DNA from: an uncultured Prolixibacteraceae bacterium | GTDB lineage: Bacteria > Bacteroidota > Bacteroidia > Bacteroidales > FEN-979 | Direction: 5' to 3' | Length of the DNA stretch: 42,495 bases | Assembly: GCA_964355115.1 (NCBI GenBank) | Contig: CAYHCQ010000006.1 | Span: forward strand, 1 to 42,495 | Part shown: piece by piece, positions 10,108-19,760 of the stretch | How the letters are laid out: each line of letters starts with the position of its first letter | Position numbering within the stretch: position 1 is the stretch's first letter | Translations under genes and position numbers: made by a program | The notes under the pieces: generated by a model | What the model was told of the DNA's origin: nothing | The model's database searches: none | Seen by the model: only the letters and a program-made list of their open reading frames with translations

Positions 10108-10857
10108 TTACTTTTTTCCGGCGTAAATTTTGAATGACCCGATCCTTTTTTTATGCAGGAAATGGGTGACGGAGGTTTTTAAAACCCCCAATCCGTAGAT
10201 CGAGCTTCTCCTGAAGTTGATGGAGGAGGCCTCCGGGAAATATTTGGTCGGGCAGGTGATCTCGGCAATCTCGAAACCGGCCATGAAGATCTGCGAAAGC
10301 ATCTGGTTGTCAAATACGAAATCATCGGAGTTTGCCTGGTAGTTGATGGTTGTGAGCACCTCACGTGAAAAGGCACGGTAACCGGAATGGTATTCGGAGA
10401 GTTTCTGGTTGATGAGGATGTTCTGGGTCATGGTGAGGATCCGGTTGAAGAAGTATTTGTACTTCGGCATGCCTCCGCGTAAAGCACCACGACCCAGGAT
10501 GCGGGAACCTATCACAACAGGATAGAGGCCGCTGGCGATCATGTGGGACATGGCGGGGATGAGTTTGGGCGTGTACTGGTAGTCGGGATGTAACATGATC
10601 ACAATGTCGGCACCCAGACTGAGCGCTTTGTCGTAACATGACTTCTGGTTCCCCCCGTATCCTTTGTTCGTGTTGTGCCGAACCAGGTGTTCAACGCCAA
10701 GGGAATTGGCCAGCGCCACTGTATTATCGGTGCTGGCATCGTCGACTACCACGAACTCATCAACAAGTTCGAGGGGAATTTCTGCTATCGTTTGCTGAAG
10801 GGTTTTTTCTGCATTGTACGCAGGGAGCACGACTATGATTTTCTTATTGTATAACAT
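10108..10857 (-). CDS. Glycosyltransferase family 2 (DPM1-like)
   Basis: VVLPAYNA, VVDDASTD, GYGGNQK, HPDYQY; reverse TATCTTTG promoter at 10902-10909. Confidence 0.9.
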   Translation of the reverse strand: MLYNKKIIVVLPAYNAEKTLQQTIAEIPLELVDEFVVVDDASTDNTVALANSLGVEHLVRHNTNKGYGGNQKSCYDKALSLGADIVIMLHPDYQYTPKLIPAMSHMIASGLYPVVIGSRILGRGALRGGMPKYKYFFNRILTMTQNILINQKLSEYHSGYRAFSREVLTTINYQANSDDFVFDNQMLSQIFMAGFEIAEITCPTKYFPEASSINFRRSSIYGLGVLKTSVTHFLHKKRIGSFKIYAGKK

Positions 10858-11049
10858 GGAAAGAGTACGCTTTGAGACTTATGAACCTTTCTTATTTGAT
10901 ACAAAGATAGAATTTTAAGCGAAATTTTACGGGCAGATAAAAAACCTCAATCCTGATAATTTAAAATAAGATTAAATACAAATAACATAATATTATCGTA
11001 TCTTGCGCCACTATTTTAATTAACCGAGTATTTATTTAAAACCGTTGAT

Positions 11050-11784
11050 ATGAAGAAGTATATGATGTTGCTGGCAATTGCCGGATGTTTCGCAGTAAAC
11101 GCCTTTGCCCAGACCAATACCGGAAGCACGCCACTGGCGGTTGAAGGATTGATGATTATGCCCAAGCAGGGGATGGAGGAGAAGTTCGAAGCGGCCGTAG
11201 TGGCACACAACAAAAAGTTCCATCCTGAAGGTCCCTACGTGGCCGGATTGAGGAAGATCGAATATGGCCCAAAGACTGGCTGGTATGTATGGGTTTTTGG
11301 CCCGGTTCCTTATGGTTCGCTCGATACACGTCCTACAAAGGAGAATGGTCACCAGGAAGACTGGACAAACACAATTGATCCGCTGATCGCAGAGTACGGC
11401 CCGGCGGGTTTCTGGAATTACAATAACGATCTTTCCTACGGACTGGATATCTTCAAGAAGGCAAAGCACTACGAATCGTGGGGCGTTGACCTCAAGCCCA
11501 AGCAGTATTACCGCTTCAAGGCGCTGACCGCGAAGCTGAAAAAAGCCTATGAATCGCTTGGAAACACCGCCTTCATCGTGCTCGAAAATAATCTGCATTT
11601 CAAAGAGGGTCCCGATATTATCCTGATCTGGACTTTTAACACTTACAGCGACTGGCAGAAGGATCCGGGCCCCAAGGCCGCCTACGAAAAAATTAACGGC
11701 GAAGGTTCCTGGCAGTCCGCTATGGACGAGTGGATGGATATAATCAACGGGTACAATTCTGATATCAGAACCAATATCCAGTAA
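11050..11784 (+). CDS. Secreted hypothetical protein, possibly two ferredoxin-like/NIPSNAP-like repeats
   Basis: Signal peptide ...NAFAQ; two similar halves (PKQGMEEKFEAA / PKQYYRFKAL). Confidence 0.7.
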   Translation: MKKYMMLLAIAGCFAVNAFAQTNTGSTPLAVEGLMIMPKQGMEEKFEAAVVAHNKKFHPEGPYVAGLRKIEYGPKTGWYVWVFGPVPYGSLDTRPTKENGHQEDWTNTIDPLIAEYGPAGFWNYNNDLSYGLDIFKKAKHYESWGVDLKPKQYYRFKALTAKLKKAYESLGNTAFIVLENNLHFKEGPDIILIWTFNTYSDWQKDPGPKAAYEKINGEGSWQSAMDEWMDIINGYNSDIRTNIQ

Positions 11785-11808
11785 ATCAGCAAATTAATTC
11801 AAATTCTT

Positions 11809-11852
11809 CGTTTCAGGGCTGACCGGCATTCCAGATGGTCAGCCCTGAAACG
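11809..11852. terminator. Strong hairpin between convergent genes, probable bidirectional terminator
   Basis: CGTTTCAGGGCTGACC ... GGTCAGCCCTGAAACG perfect 16-bp stem. Confidence 0.8.
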
Positions 11853-11916
11853 TTTTCGGGACTGACGACTTCAATCCTGAGAACAGCATGGTACAGTTAA
11901 GTCCCACCCTGGGAAA

Positions 11917-12273
11917 CTACGACAACAAAATCTCGGCCGGTATCCCTAATTCATTGTGAAACAGCCGGGCAAGTTCCAGGGTAAGAGGTTTGCGTTTATT
12001 CAGAATTGCCGACACATAACCCTTTGAACCCGCTTTACCTACGAAATACTTGTTCTTGATCCCCAGATCCTGCATCTTATTTTTTATGGCATCGATGGGA
12101 TCCGGCATTGGAATCGGATAGTGCTGATCTTCATATTGTTTTATCAAAAGAAGTACTATCTGAAGTTTATTTCCTTCAGGAGTTTCCGGGGAAGCCTTTT
12201 TGTCAAACATTTCATCAGCCCAGTCAAGATATTGCTGATATTCCTTTAAGGATGTGATGATTTTCAGGTTCAT
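11917..12273 (-). CDS. higA: HigA-type antitoxin (HTH)
   Basis: LI..YE..HYPI..PDP.DAIK and GSKGYVS.ILN.RKPLTL......LGIPAE.L. Confidence 0.88.
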   Translation of the reverse strand: MNLKIITSLKEYQQYLDWADEMFDKKASPETPEGNKLQIVLLLIKQYEDQHYPIPMPDPIDAIKNKMQDLGIKNKYFVGKAGSKGYVSAILNKRKPLTLELARLFHNELGIPAEILLS

Positions 12274-12587
12274 GTTCGCTTTCTTTTAATCGTTGCAACT
12301 GTAATATCGGTTTCATTATATTCTGCATGTGTACCAAACCACTTTATCTGGATGGCTTTAAATTGAAAAACAATCCTTACAACCAAACGGAATTTGTTGC
12401 CCATGATATTAAACACAACCCTGTCGTCGGTAACCAGGCTTGCATTTCCATACACTTTTTTAAGTTCGTTAAAATTTCTGAACTCTGATTGAACCAACTC
12501 ATGATACCACTCCTGCAAAGCCAATGCTGCAATAGGATATTTTTTACAATAATCCAATAAGGTTTTACGGGCAATGATATTAAACAT
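12270..12587 (-). CDS. higB: HigB-type mRNA interferase toxin
   Basis: II.RKTL...W......F.ELK...NAS....RVVFNI.GNKFRLV......GTHAEY; 4-bp overlap with higA. Confidence 0.9.
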   Translation of the reverse strand: MFNIIARKTLLDYCKKYPIAALALQEWYHELVQSEFRNFNELKKVYGNASLVTDDRVVFNIMGNKFRLVVRIVFQFKAIQIKWFGTHAEYNETDITVATIKRKRT

Positions 12588-12591
12588 GAGG

Positions 12592-12645
12592 CAAATATAC
12601 AAAAAAGTTTTCTGTCAGAAAACATATTTGTCAAAATATTTTTGA
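12592..12645 (-). promoter_or_regulatory. higBA promoter (-7 TATATTTG) with palindromic operator(s)
   Basis: Reverse TATATTTG at 12592-12599; GTTTTCTG-T-CAGAAAAC at 12607-12623; TCAAAA-TAT-TTTTGA at 12631-12645. Confidence 0.65.
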
Positions 12646-12668
12646 AAGCAGGGTGAAGTTACCCAGAT

Positions 12669-13676
12669 TCACACTTTATACTGATCTGCCATTTGTGCAA
12701 TTGTTGCCTTTAGTTTTGTCCTGAGTGCGACTGGGGAGAGAAGGGTAACATCCTTTCCATAACCCAGGATAAAGGCAATAAATTCATAGGTGGGATGCAC
12801 TTCGAAGCTGAAAACCACGCGCTCTTTTGTTTCCCTGACTATTTTCTGGCTTGAATGGATGGGTTGGGTCAACAGGTACTGTGCCTGCTGTTTTCTGAAT
12901 GCCAGTTTGATTACAGGCGGTTTTTCCTGCGGGGCGATCATGCCGATGGTATGTTTGAAGTACTCTTTGGCATTGAATTCCGACAGGCGGAATGGAACCT
13001 GGGTAATTTCAAGTGATTTGACCCGGTCGAGGCCGAATGTCCTGATCTCATTGATCGCATCGTCGAGTCCTACGATGTACCAGCGGTTCCTGTACTCCTT
13101 AAGCAGGTAGGGATGAACAATGCGGATTGCTGCTTCCTGCTTTGAGAAGGACCGGTGGCAGATTTTCAGGACCTGCCTCTCCTTGATGGCGCTGATAACG
13201 GGTTCAATGAATCCCGAACCTTCAATATACACGGGCGTTTCAAACTGCACATACTCTTCAAACTCTTCCTGGCTGAGAAGGCGGCGCACATCCACCACGT
13301 CGAGGATCCGGTCGATGGCTTCGGCATATCTGCCAACGATCGAAAACCCCCGGAACTGGCGCAGGATACGCGCGGCGAATTCGATTGCGTCGATATCGGC
13401 ATCTTTCAGCATGATGTTGCTGATGGAATATCCCGGGTCGGTATAAAAATAGCCCCGGTTAAGCCGGTCGTAGGCGATCGGTGCATAATAACCAGGCTCA
13501 GGCATCTCCTTCATGGCCCTCAGGTCCTTTTCTATGGCTGAGAGAGAAATGGATCGTTCGAGCCGCTCCCGGCACTTTTCGAGAAGGTAGTCCAACGACG
13601 GATATGGACGCTGCTTATTCCGCAGACAGGCATCAATGACCTGGTAACGGATGAATGAGTTTTTCGACAATGGCAT
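12669..13676 (-). CDS. WYL-domain transcriptional regulator (wHTH-WYL-WCX)
   Basis: RY..ID.CLRN, HPYLLKEYRNRWYIVG, FGLDRV, YL.TQPIH.SQ; start MPLSKN at 13676 behind reverse TATCTTTG (13698-13705). Confidence 0.9.
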   Translation of the reverse strand: MPLSKNSFIRYQVIDACLRNKQRPYPSLDYLLEKCRERLERSISLSAIEKDLRAMKEMPEPGYYAPIAYDRLNRGYFYTDPGYSISNIMLKDADIDAIEFAARILRQFRGFSIVGRYAEAIDRILDVVDVRRLLSQEEFEEYVQFETPVYIEGSGFIEPVISAIKERQVLKICHRSFSKQEAAIRIVHPYLLKEYRNRWYIVGLDDAINEIRTFGLDRVKSLEITQVPFRLSEFNAKEYFKHTIGMIAPQEKPPVIKLAFRKQQAQYLLTQPIHSSQKIVRETKERVVFSFEVHPTYEFIAFILGYGKDVTLLSPVALRTKLKATIAQMADQYKV

Positions 13677-13716
13677 AGTTCTCCGGATAAATATTTTCAA
13701 AGATAGGGAAGAAATT

Positions 13717-13752
13717 TTCACTCCTCAAATAGATTACGGTGTGAGGTGTGAA
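13717..13752. promoter_or_regulatory. Inverted repeat, candidate WYL regulator binding site
   Basis: TTCACTCCTCA-N14-TGAGGTGTGAA, 10/11 complementary, in the divergent intergenic region. Confidence 0.55.
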
Positions 13753-13777
13753 TTTTGCTTTATCAAACTGACTGAAA

Positions 13778-14014
13778 ATGGTAGAACTTTTCAATATCAC
13801 AACGAAAAACGGCCGCTCCCTGGGAAGGTCAATGATCTTTGCAACAGTGGAAGAGGCTGTGGGCAGTGCAAATACTGAATCCTATTCCGATTACCTGATC
13901 TATGATCTTGCCAGCGGGAGGCTTATCGACTGGAATGAGATCCATGTACGGGAGCCGGAATACGAATATTATTGCGAGGAGGACCAATCGTGGCACCGGT
14001 TGTATCCATGGTAA
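13778..14014 (+). CDS. Small hypothetical protein (78 aa) divergent from the WYL regulator
   Basis: AT-rich leader, ATG start, fills the intergenic gap, plausible composition. Confidence 0.65.
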   Translation: MVELFNITTKNGRSLGRSMIFATVEEAVGSANTESYSDYLIYDLASGRLIDWNEIHVREPEYEYYCEEDQSWHRLYPW

Positions 14015-14051
14015 ATTTTTTTTACTTTTACGGCAGAAAAAACGAAAAGCC

Positions 14052-14156
14052 ATGACAAAAGAAAAGAGTCAGACCAAGGAAAAGAAAAAGGAGCCTACAA
14101 AGTCGCTGAAAGAGAAGCGCGCCGCCAAACAGGAGAAGAAGGCCGCCAAGAGGTAG
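14052..14156 (+). CDS. 34-aa Lys-rich small protein
   Basis: MTKEKSQTKEKKKEPTKSLKEKRAAKQEKKAAKR with A-rich leader and a TACTTTTA -7-like element at 14023-14030. Confidence 0.65.
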   Translation: MTKEKSQTKEKKKEPTKSLKEKRAAKQEKKAAKR

Positions 14157-14198
14157 AACAGCCGCGAGGTAGAAGCCCCGCGAGGCTGAAGTTCCGCC

Positions 14199-16400
14199 TC
14201 AGAGCAGGATCAATCCGTTTTCGCGGAGGGTTTGCATGGCTGCGCTGTTCCAGAACAGGTTAAAGTCGGCCGGCACCTTCTGTAAAAAATCCTGCTTCAG
14301 CATTTCGAAAGTTATTGAATCCCGGTTCCTGACGCACAACTCCGGAATCCGGTTGCTGAGCCATTCTCCCTGTACACCGTTTAGCGCTATGCCGATATCC
14401 CTGTCCCTGTTGTGGAATGTGAGTGCGGCCATGGGAATGGTTTTCCCTTTTTTCGTACGTACATAATTCCTCAGGGAACAGCTTCCTCCGAGCCAGATCA
14501 CCTTTGTGCCCGGAAGTGGTAGTGGTTCCTCCTCCGTTTCGAGCAGTGATTCAATAAACCGCGGCGCGACTGTGGTTTGGGGGATCTCGAAATCAAACCA
14601 ATCCTGCAGCGGGAAATCGAAACAGATCCCGTGCATGTAGTTGTAGAGCGCTTTTCGCAATCCTTCGCCGAAGTCTTCGTGGTTGCATCCTGCCTTATCG
14701 GTATGGAGAAGATCGTTGTTGGCAAAAGTTCCGGTTTCATTGGTTAATCTTACCGCTCCGAATTTTTCGGGATCCTGTCCTACAGGGCTGTGGGCCGTCA
14801 TGGCAAACAGATGCCAGAATCCCGACTGAACCAGGCCATGTTTGAACATTTGCCGCACCACCTCAAGCGAATCGATGGTTTCGCGGGCCGTTTGCGTCGG
14901 GAAGCCATACATCAGATATGTATGAACAAGGATCCCTGCATCCGTAAAATGCGAGGAGACCCGTGCTGCCTGTGAAACACTCACCCCTTTGTTGATGAGT
15001 TTAAGGATCCGGTCGGAGGCCACTTCAAGTCCACCGGAGACTGCAATACATCCCGCGGCTTTCAGCAGCCGGCACAGGCCGGGCGTGAAATTCTTCTCAA
15101 ACCGGATGTTGGTCCACCAGGAGACATTCATCTCCCGCCTTAAAATTTCGAGTGCAAGATCCCGCAGCAACACAGGCGGGGCGGCTTCGTCGACAAAGTG
15201 AAATCCCGTGTAGCCAGTTTGTTCGATTATTGCCTCCATCCGGTCGCAAATGGTGGTGGCCTGGTTGGGCTGGTAGCGGCTGATATAGCCGAGGGTTACA
15301 TCGCAAAAGGTGCACTTTCCCCAGTAGCAGCCGTGGGCCAGGGTAAGGCGGTTCCAGCGGCCGTCGCTCCAGAGCCGGTGCATCGGGTTGGCGAGTTCGA
15401 TTACGGGAAGGTAACGGTCGAGCGGCAGTCCGGCGTAATCGGGTGTACCAGCCTCTGAAGGGATGCAATCGGGGTCCCCCGACCCGTCGAAAAACTGAAC
15501 ATGGTCGTTCTGAAGTGCGAACGTTCGTTTTAGCGACAACAATTCACGTCTTCCGGTCAGGTGTTCAACAAGATTCAGGAGCGGCACCTCCCCGTCGTCG
15601 AGAATTATGTAGTCGACATGGTCAAAAACCCGCGGATCGGAGAGGGAGCGAAGTTCGGTTCCGGCATATCCGCCGCCAAGGGCAACCTTTATTTTCGGGT
15701 GGTGTTTTTTCAGCCAGGTGCCGCATCGCAGGGCGCTGTAGAGGTTGCCCGGAAAGGGTACCGAAAGGGCGACCAGTGAAGGAGAAAATTCGTCAATTTT
15801 TAGCCCCAGCCGACTGACCAGGATCCGGTCGGTGAACGTTTCGGGGCCGGCCAGTTTTTCTGATAGTTCATCGAAGGTTGCAGGGGAGCGTCCGAGTCGT
15901 TCGGCATAACGGCTGAAGCCGAAATCGGGGTCGACAGTTTCACGGATCAGGTCGGAGAGATCTTCGAGGTAAAGGGTGGCCAGGTGACGAGCCTTATCGC
16001 GTATACCTAAGGTTCCAAAGGCCCTGGCAAGGTCGGCTGTCTGGGCAAAACGACCGGCTTGCGGAAGCCATTTTTGTCCGCAGATCAGGTTGGCAACAGA
16101 ATCATCTTTGTCCTGCAGGAACCTGATAACTGCATCAATAGTACGGGTATATTCCTTCTGCATGGCCACGATACGACTGCAGTTTTCTGACAGGTCGGAT
16201 TTCAGCAAGCCTATTTCACTGAACAGCCTCTTCAAACCACCCGAAGAATAGATTTCCAGGAGCACCTCCAGCCCCAGGTCGGCCTGGTACGAATCGATGT
16301 TTTTCAGGTTCATGAACCCCTTCAGGCAGGCCGTAGCCGGGTAGGGGGTGTTTACCTGTGTGAATGGAGGCGTAATGAAAAGGATGGCAGGATCTCTCAT
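14199..16400 (-). CDS. B12-binding domain radical SAM protein
   Basis: TPPFTQ.NTPYPAT N-terminus, CYWGKCTFC cluster motif, FVDEAAPP; reverse TACCTTTG at 16421-16428. Confidence 0.88.
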   Translation of the reverse strand: MRDPAILFITPPFTQVNTPYPATACLKGFMNLKNIDSYQADLGLEVLLEIYSSGGLKRLFSEIGLLKSDLSENCSRIVAMQKEYTRTIDAVIRFLQDKDDSVANLICGQKWLPQAGRFAQTADLARAFGTLGIRDKARHLATLYLEDLSDLIRETVDPDFGFSRYAERLGRSPATFDELSEKLAGPETFTDRILVSRLGLKIDEFSPSLVALSVPFPGNLYSALRCGTWLKKHHPKIKVALGGGYAGTELRSLSDPRVFDHVDYIILDDGEVPLLNLVEHLTGRRELLSLKRTFALQNDHVQFFDGSGDPDCIPSEAGTPDYAGLPLDRYLPVIELANPMHRLWSDGRWNRLTLAHGCYWGKCTFCDVTLGYISRYQPNQATTICDRMEAIIEQTGYTGFHFVDEAAPPVLLRDLALEILRREMNVSWWTNIRFEKNFTPGLCRLLKAAGCIAVSGGLEVASDRILKLINKGVSVSQAARVSSHFTDAGILVHTYLMYGFPTQTARETIDSLEVVRQMFKHGLVQSGFWHLFAMTAHSPVGQDPEKFGAVRLTNETGTFANNDLLHTDKAGCNHEDFGEGLRKALYNYMHGICFDFPLQDWFDFEIPQTTVAPRFIESLLETEEEPLPLPGTKVIWLGGSCSLRNYVRTKKGKTIPMAALTFHNRDRDIGIALNGVQGEWLSNRIPELCVRNRDSITFEMLKQDFLQKVPADFNLFWNSAAMQTLRENGLILL

Positions 16401-16512
16401 CTGCAGGCAACAATTTGAGTCAAAGGTACGATATCTGCAAATCAGGTAATTGTATTCAGTCTAAATTAATTCGTATCTTTGCACAGTTTTATTATGAACC
16501 GATTATCCGATA

Positions 16513-18042
16513 ATGTCAAACGACACAGAACAAGGTAACACGAATCAGACAATCCCTTTTTCAACGTTCCTTTCCACCTTTAAAAACCGGTTAAACCACC
16601 TTTTTCACACCCGTGAAAATATCGACCGGCTGAGTGTTACACGCGGAATACCTCCCTATATGCTCCGCGATATTCTGGCGGCCCAACCGTTTTCGGTGGC
16701 CATTCCGGAGCGATTTGGCGGCCGCGGTGGCCATGTCAAAGAGTGTCTTTCGCTTATGGAGACAACTTCTTACGAATCGCTGGCACTCTCCCTTACCCTT
16801 GGTATCAACATTGCCCTCTTCCTCCAGCCATTTTCAAAATACGGGGATGAGAGTGTGAAGGCATCCGTATTTTCCGGTTTTCTCAATGAACAGAGGATGG
16901 GCGGACTGATGATCACCGAGCCCGACCATGGCAGTGACGCGTTACATATGCAGACCAGCTGGACCCGGGAGGGCGAGCATTTTCATCTCGACGGGACCAA
17001 ACACTGGGCCGGTCTCACCGGATGGGCTGATTACTGGCTTTTAACGGCACGTCAGAAAACATCCTCGGGTGCACTTGCACGGGATGTCGATTTTTTTCTG
17101 TGCGACAACAACAGTGAGGGACAGCAGATCGTGGTTGAAGAGAAGTTCAACAATCTCGGGCTTTACATCATTCCTTACGGAAGGAACCGCATCGATGTGA
17201 AGGTTCCGGTGGCCCACCGGCTGCAACCCCACACGACAGGTGTAAAACTAATGCTGGATCTGTTGCACCACAGCCGGATGATGATGCCGGGGACGGGACT
17301 TGGGTTTATCAAACGCAACCTTGATGAGGCCATTCGTCATGCCCATGAGCGAAAGGTTGGCGGAAAGCCGCTGATTGCCTTTGACCAGGTTCAATCGCGG
17401 ATTGCCACCATCCAGGCGGCCTATACCATCTGTTCGGCGATGTGTGTTTACAGCAGCAATAAGGCGGCAACGGAAAGAGATCTTGCATCGCACGGCTTTG
17501 AGGCCAATATCATCAAAACGGTTGTTTCGGACCTGATGCAGGAATCGGCCCAATCGTTGCTGCAGCTCACCGGAGCCAAGGGTTACAGGCTTGACCACAT
17601 AGCAGGACGCGGAACCGTCGACAGCCGCCCTTTCCAGATCTTTGAAGGGTCGAACGACATTCTTTATTTCCAGATCACCGAAAGTGTGATCAAGGCAATG
17701 AAGCATACCCATGAGCACTCACTTTACAACTTCCTGACAAACCACCCGTTATCGGCCCGCGCTGCAGCCTTTGTAAAAGACCTTACCCAATTCGAACCCG
17801 CGGTAAAGTTTGCACAGCGCAAGCAGGTAGAGCTTGGCAAGGCAATTGCGCGCATATTCTCCATGGGTTTCGTATTGAATCTCGGCGACCTGGGTTTCCG
17901 CAGCGAGCTCATCGACGGAGCCATGGCGATGCTCAGGCAGGAGGTTGGGGCCATCATGGAGTCGTACAAATTCAGCAATACTTCCGGAGTGGTTGAAGAC
18001 TATCGTGAAAACGGCGGGTGGCTGCAATATTTCGGCGTGTAA
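16513..18042 (+). CDS. Acyl-CoA dehydrogenase family protein
   Basis: ITEPDHGSDA, GTKHW, QIFEGSNDI; TATCTTTG promoter at 16474-16481. Confidence 0.88.
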   Translation: MSNDTEQGNTNQTIPFSTFLSTFKNRLNHLFHTRENIDRLSVTRGIPPYMLRDILAAQPFSVAIPERFGGRGGHVKECLSLMETTSYESLALSLTLGINIALFLQPFSKYGDESVKASVFSGFLNEQRMGGLMITEPDHGSDALHMQTSWTREGEHFHLDGTKHWAGLTGWADYWLLTARQKTSSGALARDVDFFLCDNNSEGQQIVVEEKFNNLGLYIIPYGRNRIDVKVPVAHRLQPHTTGVKLMLDLLHHSRMMMPGTGLGFIKRNLDEAIRHAHERKVGGKPLIAFDQVQSRIATIQAAYTICSAMCVYSSNKAATERDLASHGFEANIIKTVVSDLMQESAQSLLQLTGAKGYRLDHIAGRGTVDSRPFQIFEGSNDILYFQITESVIKAMKHTHEHSLYNFLTNHPLSARAAAFVKDLTQFEPAVKFAQRKQVELGKAIARIFSMGFVLNLGDLGFRSELIDGAMAMLRQEVGAIMESYKFSNTSGVVEDYRENGGWLQYFGV

Positions 18043-18119
18043 TACTATGATAACCAGTCACAAACAAAGTGATTAGATTTTTGTATCTTTGCCGGGTATT
18101 ATTGTGAGAAGTGATTGTA

Positions 18120-19760
18120 ATGAAGGATCTGCTTGAAGGGCCCACCAAATGTCTGCTTGTTCAGACAAAATTTTCAGCATTCAGTTTTTGGAATTACCAG
18201 GATGTATGTGATATCGTGGGTGCAAAATACCCGGCGGCTCCGCTTGGGTTGCTTACCGTGGCTGGATTATTTCCTCAGCACTGGACATTCAGACTTGTTG
18301 ATGAAAACGTAGAACCTTTGCTTGACGAGCACCTGCTCTGGGCCGATATTGTGTGCACAGGAGGGATGCTGCCGCAGCAGAAGAGCATGCTGGAATTCAT
18401 AACCCGGGCTCATGCGCTCGGACGAATTGTGGTTGTTGGAGGTCCCGATCCTACTTCACAGCCGGCGCTTTACAGTGAGGCCGATTTCCTCGTGCTGGGG
18501 GAAGGAGAGATCACCATACCCATGTTCCTTAAAGACCTGGAAGCAGGGAAACCCAAGGGCACCTATGTTTCAGAGGAGCGTGCCGACATGCTTCATTCTG
18601 TGGTGCCTCGTTACGACCTGATCAGGTTCAGGAATTATATTATGATCGGCATGCAGTTTATCCGCGGATGTCCGTTTAACTGTGAATTCTGCGATGTGAT
18701 CGAGCTCTTTGGCCGGACCCCGCGGTTTAAAACCACGACGCAGATCCTCAAGGAACTTCAGACACTTTACGATCTGGGTTATCGTGGCCACATCGACATG
18801 GTCGACGATAATTTCATCGGCAACAAAAAGAAGGTGAAAGAGCTTCTCCATGAGATAAAGGCATGGACGATTGAGCGGAAATACCCGTTTTATTTTACCA
18901 CTGAAGCCTCTGTCAACCTCGCCGATGATGATGAACTGCTCCAACTGATGCAGGATTGCGACTTCAGATACGTTTTTCTGGGCATTGAAACCCCAGAAAA
19001 CGACGCCCTTGCAAAGAACAACAAGAGCCAGAATGTGAATAAACCAGTGGCCGATGCGGTAAACAAGATTCTATCGTACGGAATGGTGAGCAATGGCGGC
19101 TATATAATCGGCTTCGACAGTGAAAGCAGGCAGATTGCAAAGAACATGACCGATTCCATCCAGGAATCAGGAATTGCGATGGCGATGATAGGTTTGCTGT
19201 ATGCATTGCCAAATACCCAGCTAACGCGGCGACTTGAGGCGGAAGGGCGGCTTTTTCATCAATCGGCCCAATCGGTGAGCGATACCGACATCGACCAGAT
19301 GACCAGCGGGCTTAATTTCGCCACGCTGATTCCCCGGGCTGAAGTTTACAGAAATTACATTTCGGTTATTGATACGGTTTATGAACCATCATATTATTAC
19401 AAGCGGGTCATCTATACCGGACTGACCATAAAGCCTAAATACAGGCATAAGCCCAATTTTTCCACATGGCTTATTTATATGCGATCGTTCCTGCGGGTAT
19501 GCAGGGAGGCGGGATTTTCGAAAGAGACAGGTTTGCAATACTGGAAAATGTTCTTCACTGTCATTTTTCGCAACCCCATGGGAATTGAGGTCGCTGTGAA
19601 CCTTGCGGCCATGTTCATCCATTTTCAGAAACAAAAGGCCTACATTGTTTCGGCTACAAACAAATCAATTGCTGCGCTGGAAAATACCGACGAAGCAGCC
19701 TATAATGAGCGGATGACCGGAAACGGCAACACGGTTATGGGCCGACAGTCCCACTGTTAA
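18120..19760 (+). CDS. B12-binding radical SAM protein, DUF4070/HpnP-like class B methyltransferase family
   Basis: PLGLLTVA, VDENV, VGGP, RGCPFNCEFC, VDDNFIGNK; TATCTTTG promoter at 18084-18091. Confidence 0.85.
   Translation: MKDLLEGPTKCLLVQTKFSAFSFWNYQDVCDIVGAKYPAAPLGLLTVAGLFPQHWTFRLVDENVEPLLDEHLLWADIVCTGGMLPQQKSMLEFITRAHALGRIVVVGGPDPTSQPALYSEADFLVLGEGEITIPMFLKDLEAGKPKGTYVSEERADMLHSVVPRYDLIRFRNYIMIGMQFIRGCPFNCEFCDVIELFGRTPRFKTTTQILKELQTLYDLGYRGHIDMVDDNFIGNKKKVKELLHEIKAWTIERKYPFYFTTEASVNLADDDELLQLMQDCDFRYVFLGIETPENDALAKNNKSQNVNKPVADAVNKILSYGMVSNGGYIIGFDSESRQIAKNMTDSIQESGIAMAMIGLLYALPNTQLTRRLEAEGRLFHQSAQSVSDTDIDQMTSGLNFATLIPRAEVYRNYISVIDTVYEPSYYYKRVIYTGLTIKPKYRHKPNFSTWLIYMRSFLRVCREAGFSKETGLQYWKMFFTVIFRNPMGIEVAVNLAAMFIHFQKQKAYIVSATNKSIAALENTDEAAYNERMTGNGNTVMGRQSHC

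Noticed and set aside
12292-12300. GTTGCAACT inside higB
   Set aside because: Only a 9-bp match, inside a coding sequence, with no right half; expected by chance.
18120-19760. Calling this gene hpnP (hopanoid C-2 methylase)
   Set aside because: Family resemblance only; no squalene-hopene cyclase or hpn genes in the window.
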